DNA of 64,000 nt from the human T2T-CHM13v2.0 reference genome, Homo sapiens. The stretch lies in NCBI RefSeq assembly GCF_009914755.1, contig NC_060932.1; one strand, given 5' to 3'. The number at the start of each line of letters is the position of its first letter. The first letter of the stretch is position 1. Shown here one piece after another: positions 54,645 to 64,000 of this stretch. The position numbers and the translations under genes are program-made. The notes under the pieces were generated by a model, which had not been told where the DNA came from, made no database searches, and was given only the letters and a program-made list of their open reading frames with translations.

Positions 54645-55966
54645 TACTCCTTTGCAAAGGGAGCTGCTGTCCCTGACTGGAGCATGTTGTCATATGTCCG
54701 TGACCAGGTTCCCAAACCCAGCCTACCTGCTCTAGCAGGCTTCTAGTGGGGCTGCTTAAATCCATCCTGTTTGTAAGGCAGGCAGCAGGCAGCCATGGAG
54801 CCTGCCCACTCTCTGAAAGGGGCCGGCTGACAGCACTACCCATCCGCCCTGTGTCGATTTCCACACGGCACCTCAGACCAATGCTCCTGGACAGGACCAG
54901 AGGTTGTGGAGCAAAAGAGGATAGTGAAGGAAAGAGACAGCTGGGAGACGCAGAGCTGACGCAGGTGAGGCACATCCCTCAGCTGGCGCTCCCTTCCCGG
55001 AAACCTGATTGTCTCCGTCAGTCGTTTCAGGCTTCGTGGTATCTAGAGCAGCACTGGACTATTCCGTGCAGGGCTCAGGGCCTGGAACACAGGAAGTGCT
55101 CCATGCGCAGTTGTATGGCTGGATGGATGGAGGATGAATAGTGCATGGGTGGATATAATTAAGAAAGGAAAGAATTGAACATTATTTCTTTCATGTAAAA
55201 ACTTCTGATTCCTCCTGAGTTTCTCCACTTTCACTTGTCTCCTTCACTGTCTGCTTCCTTCCCTTCTGTCACGGATGTATTACTGTCTCCAGTCCTTGGT
55301 CCCTTGTGTGTCTCTCTTCTTGCGTCTACTACATTTATGTGGGTTTTCCCATAGGATCACCTTGGCCCCCCTACAGAAGCTTAGTCCTGCATTGCCAACT
55401 CCAGCTGGACATTCTCACTTATGCATCTACCATATCCTCAAAGCCGGTATAACTATTGTTAAGTTAATTAGCTTTTTTTTTTTTTTTTCTAATTCCTTCT
55501 CCAGATTTTCCTGGTGCCTGTGTAACTCATGCCCCTTTTGAGCACCTGGCTCGAGGCCTTGGCATCGTCTTTGCTCTGCTCCTCCGTTGCCTGGTGTCCT
55601 TTGTTGCGGGCCTTCCTGCCATTTCTCTCACTCTATGTGGGTTGTGTTGCAATCATTTTCTAAGCACACTTCCTGACTCCATTTTCTTCCCACTAAAGTT
55701 GATACTATCCACTAAAGAACAATTAATTTTCTCAAATTACTTCTCTGTTCATGTTACTCCCTGATTTAAAAATCTCCAGTGACTCGTTATGGCTTAAGGC
55801 AGTGGTTTCCCAGAATGTTAGATATGATAGAGCAGTAAATAAAACAATTAGAAAAAAAATCAAAACTAGAAAAAACTAGGGAGGGGAATCACTTTTATTT
55901 CTCCTACTACAGACATGTTTTAAATTACCATCTATGGTGGCAATGATTATGTTTAGAAAGAGACAC

Positions 55967-56285
<319 letters not shown>

Positions 56286-57051
56286 TAATCTTGAAAAGTA
56301 GGAATGAAAATCTCATAATAGAGGAAAAACTGGAAATAATAGAATAATAATAATAACTGGAAATAATGCTTTTATGAAAAGCTCAAACCACTGGTCACCT
56401 TTATCTCCTTGTTCTGGTTCCTTGACTGGTGACAACATCTCTGTGCTACACAGAGATCCCGCCAAGCCACTGGTGCTCGGAGTAGGAGAGAGCTTCAACA
56501 AGCACTCACGGTCCTTTCATCCATCCATCCTTCCACACTCATCTCTCCTCCTGCCTTCAGCTGCTCAGTCTGATTGTGTCTGAGCTCTGGGGATTTTGCT
56601 TAAGAGGCATGTGACACATTGCCTGGTCTCTTTGGGCCTTTCCTTCCTGCTCTTTAAAATGAAGAGTTCGAAACTGACGTTAATGAGGTTTCTTCCGTTG
56701 CTAAAGTCTGTATTCAAATTGATTGATTCGTTTATCTAATTAAAGGTGGTATCTATATGTGCACTTAAATCTAGCTTTCTGTCTCATAAACTCAAAATTA
56801 AAATATTGAGGCTTATAGGCAAGCATTTATCATCTGAATATGAGGAATGAACTGAAGTACGTACGCAATTGAAACCTTTCCTTATTTACATGTAGTTAGC
56901 TTGACATCAGGGAACACCCTGAGTAAAGTAGGAAAATACTCATTTCATACATATTGCTTTAGTGTATGTGTGTGGAACATATTATAATAGAATATCTGCC
57001 CTTCCATTTCACTTAGCTATGAAGGCACCAGTGATTTAACGTATACTGTTG

Positions 57052-57130
57052 TTTTTGCTTTTATCTTATTTTATTTTGATACAGGGTCTCACTCAATTGC
57101 CCAGGCTGGGCAGTGATCATGGCTCACTGC
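57052..57130 (-). mobile_element. Alu/FLAM 3' fragment
   Basis: T-rich tail, then gatacagggtctcactcaattgcccaggctgggcagtgatcatggctcactgc. Confidence 0.8.
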
Positions 57131-58689
57131 TTGTTTTTATCCCCAGCCTGCCCCATCCTTCCCACACAACTAAGATGGGGTTCAAATTGAAGTAGCACAG
57201 ACAAAAAAAGGGGAAAGGGATGATCGATCATATTTTTTTTTTCAAAGGAATTACCAGGCTTGGGATGTTTAATCTTGGCAGATGGATGCAGTCTCATGAG
57301 CCTGTTTTGCAGATTTCCAGTGCTATCTGGGCAGAGCCAAATGAAAAATAAATGCAGGGGAACATGGACACAGGTTCTAGAGTGGGCAATCCCTCCTGCA
57401 GAGTGGAAGTCCTTACAAATCCTGTAAACTCCACTCCAGTCTCTTAAATTGGAGAGATTCCCTACCACTCTGTGTACATGAAGAGCAGAGAGTTTAGAGA
57501 GCTTGAGATGCTTGGCTGTAATCTATTCATGTGCACATTTCCCACCTGAGGGCCAATTATCATCTCAGATTCATTTAGTTGTGACTGAGAGCTTCATAAA
57601 CACTTCTTTGATATTGACATCATATGAAACTGATAGATGGGCTCCTAAAAGAAAGACATGGGTGGTTCAAAATGGAATCTTATCTCAATCCTGTCATTCT
57701 GACCACAGATCACATCTTGCCCCTCAGGAGTCATTTTCCGTTGGGTTGTACATCCAAGTCCCCTGGCTCTTGTGGCCAAGGGGAGGGACCTCTGGATAGC
57801 TCTCTTCAAATAGGAAAGTGGAATTCTCACTTTTGGGGTGGGCAGGCAACTTGCCGGACATTAGTGATGCTTGACCAAGTGCCAGGAAGAGGCCATTAGC
57901 TGGGTGCACTGCTGAGAAGAGCCCATTAGCACCCAGCTGCCAGGCCACAGTTTGGAACTTGGAGCAAGCTATATATTCACAGCTTAGAAATTGTGATTCT
58001 CTCAGTGTCCTACAGATGGCTTGGAAAGCGTGCAAAGATGAATCATACTCTATAATCATTTTGAAACTTTTTCCCCAAGATATCAAAGAGACAGAAGAAA
58101 AATTAAAATTGTGGTCAGTTTCCTGGACATTTTATACACTTGCGGCTGCTTTGGAAACATCAAATTTTTTAAATTTTTATGAACATACAAAAAATCATGT
58201 AGAACTTGAAAATTGCCTGAATTTTTCCCATAGTGGCACTTTGTTAAATGCAAAACCCATTTTTCAAAAATTACTCATGAGCTAAATAAAAAATAACAAT
58301 TATAATGTATCAAACTCTCAGGATGATTTTCCTCCCTATTCTTAAGACAGCATCTGTTTTGCCCTCCAAGTCTTAGGTATTCCCACATTTCCAATGAGGA
58401 GATCAGGGACCAACCAGGGTGTGTTTATGAGCTCTCTGCAGCCTGGCCCACCTTCATTGTCTGATTCTTTCTGCTGTGCATTTTGGTCTCTTCCACTCTC
58501 TCTGTTCTGGCTCTGTGTGACCCTTGCTCTCTTAATAGCCTCTGTTCTTGCCTCCTTTGCAAGCTATGTTAATCTATGTATTTGCTGCCCACTGTAAGTG
58601 GGCATGGACTAGAATGAAGGATGGTGTATCTGCGTGGGAGGAAGTAGGTATCTGGAGGGCTGGATGACTGGTTTGAGGTCACTTTACAC

Positions 58690-59110
58690 TCTGTGTTTTG
58701 ATCCAGGCAACTGATTGTAAATTAAAGTCACTCAATTGAAAGGGGGAATTCATTATAAGGACACAGAGCTGCCTCACAGAAATCCAGGGAAAGCTACAAC
58801 GCCTGGCTTCAGAAAGGGAGGAACTGGAGCATTTTTGTTGATCTCTGCAGCAATAATTCAGAGTTTCACCCCAGTTTTCTACAATGAATAAAATTTATCT
58901 ATACTCCTCATGTCTTCTGGTTTTTGTCCTTTGTCCTTTTACTAACATAGTCTCTTATGTCATTCTAAATTCCCACTGGGGCCATCTGATCTTTTTTTTT
59001 TTTTTAAACCAGGTCAAAGTTATGGTCAGGCCAGAGATAGCTACCTTTCAGGTCAGGGAACAGCACTTGGTCCCATCACCTGGAAGGGCATGGCCTCATG
59101 CCTGCACAGG
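58690..59110 (-). mobile_element. Possible old MaLR (MLT1) LTR fragment
   Basis: aaagggggaattcattataaggacacagagctgcctcacagaaatccagg resembles the antisense MLT1 3' region. It is very degenerate. Confidence 0.35.
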
Positions 59111-60560
59111 CTTGCAAAGGAAGTGGGTTCATTGCAAAGGTGTGGGCATGCCAGGCACACAGAGCATGTCTTATCACATGGCCAGGGGCCATGAGGCCTG
59201 CCACACTGAGGTGGACCTGATTGTTCAGTCACACTGCATATTTGTCATGGGGGATGGGGACACCCCCAAAGTATGCAAATGCCTGAACTGTGATTTTAAG
59301 GAAAATGCAAAATCATGAAGTCTGACATTTTCGGGAACTTTTCCCACATTTGCTTTAGCCTTTCATTTCCTTAAACCCATTGAAACACCCTCCTTTAATA
59401 TTGGATTAAGAAAATGCAGCAAGCACATACCTGTTGCTAACACACTGAATAAAGCATGAAAAAAAGCAGAAGCAGAAGATTATATTTCAGAGATTGTGAT
59501 TATTACATTTATGGACTTAGAGATGAAAGATAACAATCAGATAATAAAATTTGTCCTAAATAGGAACCCCAGAATACATGTGTCAGAGCCAGAAGGAGCT
59601 CATGGGTCAGTACCAAAGCCAATACCATTATCGATTCCCTGAAGTCCGAATTAATAGCACACAGGATTTAGGAAACTGTGGTCAAGATAGATATTAGCAA
59701 AATGTGATTCCTGTGGACCAGGGAGACAGAAGCCTTTATTACCCACAGAGATGCAGCTTTCAATTTCACACTGCTGTAATTTTAACAGCCTGGAGCTGCT
59801 CAGACCTGAAAATACTGTCAGCCTTATACCCACCCTATAGATTTGGATATTCTCCTCCAAAAAGAAATTGTTCCTTTTGTACTTAAAGTAGTGCAAAATC
59901 AGATTTTTGCAAAAATACATTGTTTTCCATCCTTGTTCATTTATGGCTACCTCGAACATATTTTTCACTAAAAATAAACTTGAATTTTGAACTAAAATTG
60001 TTAATAGAAATAGAAAATGCATAGCTTTTTAGATCACCCCAAATTGAGTATCTTTGGGGGCCGAGTCTGAAGGCTGCTTCTGAATTTAAACATCTCCTGT
60101 CTGAAGTAGACATTACTAAATGTCTCATACTGAAATCACTCTACATTACACCTCTCACAAAACCTTATTACTTCCAAATTCAAACTCTTGTTAAAATTTG
60201 CATCACTCCAGTAGTTATATATCAGTAGGAACACTGGCAATGTTGAGTGATTTTAAGGTAATTGAAGCATATTTATTTTAATAGGCATTGTAATCTGGCA
60301 GGCAGTGAAGCAAACACAGGAATATTGTAGCAAATAGGGATACTGAATGGCTCATCATCAAGAATACAATAATCAAACGCATTAAAGACACACAGTGAAA
60401 ACCAGGTGTGAGGCTCTAGGGAAGCCTCTCAGGACATAGCGCAGACCCCTATGGCTGTGGAGGCTTCAGAGCAGGGTGACCGGGAACATGAGCTCTGCAT
60501 CCCGGCTCCTTGGCCCTGCCTTTAATACCTGTGTGTTCAATGGGCAAGGGCATCAGCTGC

Positions 60561-60996
60561 CACACTAGTTTCCTGTGGCCGCCATAACAAATTATACAAA
60601 CTGGGTGGCTTGAAACAATAACAACTTATTCTTTCACAGCTCAGGAGGCCAGAAGTATAAAATGAAGGATTGGCAGGGTTGGTTGCTGGAGCCTCTGAGG
60701 GAGAATCTGTTCCATGCTTTGCTCCCACCTTCTAAGGCTGCTGGCAGTCCTGGTGCTCGTTGGCATCACCCAGTCTCTGTCTCCATCCTCACATGGCCTT
60801 CTCCTCTGTACCTGTGTTCTCTCCTCTTCGAATAATGATTCTGGCCATTGGATTTAGGGCCCACCCTGATCCAGCGTGATCTCAGCTTCATCCTGACACT
60901 AATTACATCTGCAAAAACCCTATTTTCAAATAAGGTTACTTTCTAAGGTTCCTGGTGGACATGAATTTTGAGAGGATCATGATTCAAACCACTACA
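60561..60996 (-). mobile_element. MLT1C-like MaLR solo LTR inserted into a MIR
   Basis: tagtttcctgtggccgccataacaaatta...aactgggtggcttgaaacaa...attggatttagggcccaccctgatccag...attcaaaccactaca. The 5-bp TSD is gctgc/gttgc. MIR halves lie at about 60465-60560 and 60997-61135. Confidence 0.9.
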
Positions 60997-62814
60997 GTTG
61001 CCTCAAATGTAAAATATGGATGCAAAAAATATCTGCCTCGTAGGTTGTTGAAATGTAGCACTTAATGAAAATAAAGTGCTTAGAACAGTATTTGGTATGT
61101 TGTAAGCAGTGTATGTGTTTTAACTATTGTATTAGTAAGTTAAAAGATCACACTACATAAATATGTTTGTTTTTATTTGGCAAAGAATCATTTGCAGGTA
61201 TGTTTACAAGAACATTACCTTTCCCCACCACACCAACTGTCTCCCTACCTCCCTCTCCTTGACCTACAAACTATCCACCTTTAACAAAAAAGAGAGTTCA
61301 GACCTGAAGGCAAAGCTTGGCATGAAATGACGCTGCAGCAATAGAAAGGAAAATGTAAGCCAAACCAGTGCCCAGCCTGATCCTGGGTGATAGAGGACAG
61401 AGAATCTGTCAAAAAAGCCCATGACTGCTGGGTGCCAAGTTACAAATTGGCAAGCTTTGTTGGGCCTAGATAACCAACTCACTTTAATTAAATTGCCTCT
61501 GATTGAGCTTTGGGCCATGATTTTTCATACTGAGTTTGGCTCTGTGGTGAGCCAGCTCAGGCCTCTCTGCATTAAATTGTTCAGAGGTGTCTTTATCTGA
61601 CCATATTTAGAACCCCAAAGCTTGCCTTGTTCCAGGCCTGCTTGGCTGGTGCAGTCATCACACCTGGTTTGCACTGATCCTAAAGTGTAACATGTTCCCA
61701 GCCTACAGGCTCAGGGTGGCCCTTGCAGGACACAGTGAGTCAGGGCAGGTGGAGAAAAATAAACACCAGTGTGGAACTAATGAGGTTCAGGTGGGAGCCA
61801 AAGAAGCCCAGATCCTGGCAAAACAAAGAGAGGTGAGTGATGCTTTGCTGCCTTTTCTCTTCTCCTTACCTTTGAATGGAAAATGGTATTAAAGGGAGGC
61901 CTCATGAGGCTGCATACAGTCCAGCCCTGGCCTGGATCTCCAGTGGTTCCTGGCCTTGTACCTCCTGGTCTGCATGAAGGAGCATTTCATGCCTCAGAGA
62001 TAATCGATTCAACCTGACTCCAGTGCAATCCAGGTGAGGCTGAGACCTTTCCAAATGCAGGTGTGAAGGGAATCACCTGTGCTTGCTTCCCAGAGGAAAA
62101 ACAGTCAAGAGGCTGGCCCACAGAGCTGTCCTTAGTGGACTCCCTGCCATCAAATGCTGCATGACCGATAAACCTCCCCCTGAAGCCATGGGTGACCAGA
62201 CTCAATTGTCTAAAGTCAATTCAGCACCCTTGATAGACCTCTGTCATCACACCTGCCCCAGTCAGGCCCTCTACCCTCCTGCATCTCTCGCCCCAGCTCC
62301 TCCCCATTTCCTGAGCAACAGGCCCTTTTCTCCTGTTTCTCTTTGAATGTGTCTTCCCCACATCTCACCTGAAATATTGCTATTTGTCTTCTGAGAAGCC
62401 AGGCCACGTTTTCATGCCTTGGAGAGGGAGCCAAGGAAAAGGCTGGAGGGAAACCAAGCCACTTTGACCCACCTTGTCTGGACTCTCTCTCCCTCTTTCT
62501 GGTGTTTTCAGTCACTATTCCTACCATCTCATTTAATTATCATGGTCTTCAAAACCTTCTGGCAAGCTATCATCTATTTATTGTTGAAAAGCGGGAAATG
62601 AATTTCTCCCATGTCCCCTCTGGTTGTGCTTCTTCTTCAAGGTCTAGTTCAATTGTTCCTCTGATTTGAAGTCGACTTCCACTCTCTAAGGCAGAGGTAG
62701 TTTTAGTTTCCTCCTCTGAGTCCACATAACTTTATAGAAAACTTTGTGATCATATATCACTCTCCTTCGCGGAGCTGAATTCCTTGGGGAGGTGAGTGGG
62801 TGCAACAGAGAATA

Positions 62815-63228
62815 CAGTTGACCTTTAAAAAACATGAGGGTTAGGGGCATCAACCCCCCACAAAGTCAAAAATTCACATGTATCATTTGCCTCCCCAAAA
62901 ACTTAAATAGCTTACTGTTGATTAGAAGCCTTACCAATAACATAAACAGTGGATTAACATATAATTTGTACATTGTATGTATTATATACTGTATTCTTAC
63001 AATAAAGTCAGTTAGAGAAAAGATAATGTTACTAAGAAAATCATACAGAAGAGAAAATATACTTGCTATTCATTGAGTGGAAGTGGATTATCATAAAGTT
63101 CTTCATGCTCATTATCTTATCTTGAGAAGGTGAAGGAAGAGGAGGGTCTCAGGGGTGGCAGAGGCAGAAGAAATCCACATATAAATTGACCCATGCAGTT
63201 CAAGCACATGTTGTTCAAGGATCAACTT
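62815..63228 (+). mobile_element. Tigger2a-type MITE (TcMar-Tigger)
   Basis: TA followed by cagttgacctttaaaaaacatg at the left end and catgttgttcaaggatcaact at the right (TIRs); internal gagtggaagtggattatcataaag. Confidence 0.9.
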
Positions 63229-63537
63229 CTGCATATCTCCACTACTTTCACATCTTGATTATGAGCAGAGGGTCTAATGTATAGTAGAAGAACTAATACA
63301 AGGACTAAAGGGGATGAACACTGTGTGATGAACATGATATTTGTTAATTGATTTTATCCTGATGTAGTATGTGAAAATCCATCAAGTATAAAAGACATAA
63401 TCATTTCATTTTCTGTTACTTCACCTGATTTATGACTGACTCCTTGTGCTTCTAGACTGGTGGAAAATTAGCCTGTCACCATCTGTCTTCTCCCCTCCTC
63501 CATCCCCAGGGTAGTGCCTAGCTGAAGAGCTTAGGTA

Positions 63538-63620
63538 AGAAAAAAAAGGAAGAGGGAAAGAGACAGAAAGAGAGAGAAAGAAGGAAGGAAGGAAGGAAAA
63601 AAAGAAAAGAAACAAACAGA
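63538..63620 (+). repeat. GA-rich low-complexity tract
   Basis: Near-pure purine run including (GGAA)n. Confidence 0.85.
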
Positions 63621-63767
63621 AGTCTTGGTCACACATTTCCTCTGAGACAGTGATATAAAAAAAATAAGATTTGAAGGAGCTGGAGATGAAAATGAGAATT
63701 AATTTGTAGGCAAAGCAACCCCAAAGTACAATAGCATAAATAGACATTTATCTCTCTCTCTCTCTCT

Positions 63768-63940
63768 CATAACACAATCCAAAAGTAGATAGGCCACCCA
63801 GCCACATGTACAGCTATGCGCCAAGAGGCCAATGATACCATTCTAAGCATGCAGCTTTCATCTCTAGGCCCAAGGCTGCTGGTTTAGCTGCACCATCTTC
63901 CAGCCAGCAGGGAGAGGGAAGCAGAATTCAGGAAAAGCAT
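63768..63940 (-). mobile_element. Old MLT1-type fragment
   Basis: ccaaggctgctggtttagctgcaccatcttccagccagcagggagagggaag resembles antisense MLT1J/K. Confidence 0.45.
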
Positions 63941-63944
63941 GGCT

Positions 63945-64000
63945 AAGTGGAAGTGGATCATCATAAAGGTGTTCATCCTTATCCTCTTGTTTGAGTAGGC
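63945..64000 (+). mobile_element. Second Tigger2-family fragment, running off the window edge
   Basis: agtggaagtggatcatcataaaggtgttcatcct matches 63077-63110 of the upstream Tigger2a. Confidence 0.7.

Noticed and set aside
57959-58285. 108-aa ORF in unique sequence
   Set aside because: It has a non-ATG start, no convincing flanking splice sites and no recognisable domain.

Overview
This is primate, most likely human, nuclear DNA with no protein-coding exon I can recognise. It is dominated by interspersed repeats: about 15 Alu copies or fragments, old L1M pieces, MIR/L2/L3 relics, hAT-Charlie and Tigger DNA transposon fossils, and a cluster of ERV1-class LTRs (LTR12, MER61-like, MER4-like, MER41-like, LTR8). 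Nearly all ORFs in the supplied track are repeat-derived or chance. The most notable items are: (1) a perfect 78-bp inverted repeat with a 15-bp spacer at 17736-17906; (2) a solo LTR12 with four CCAAT boxes and a splice donor at its boundary, pointing toward a well-formed 153-nt minus-strand candidate exon at 23648-23800; (3) a zero-spacer p53 response element in a MER61-like LTR; (4) every LTR I could orient lies on the minus strand. Repeat subfamily names come from recalled consensus sequences, not a database search. I could not identify the locus or a host gene, and I see no demonstrable new biological system, only testable candidates.
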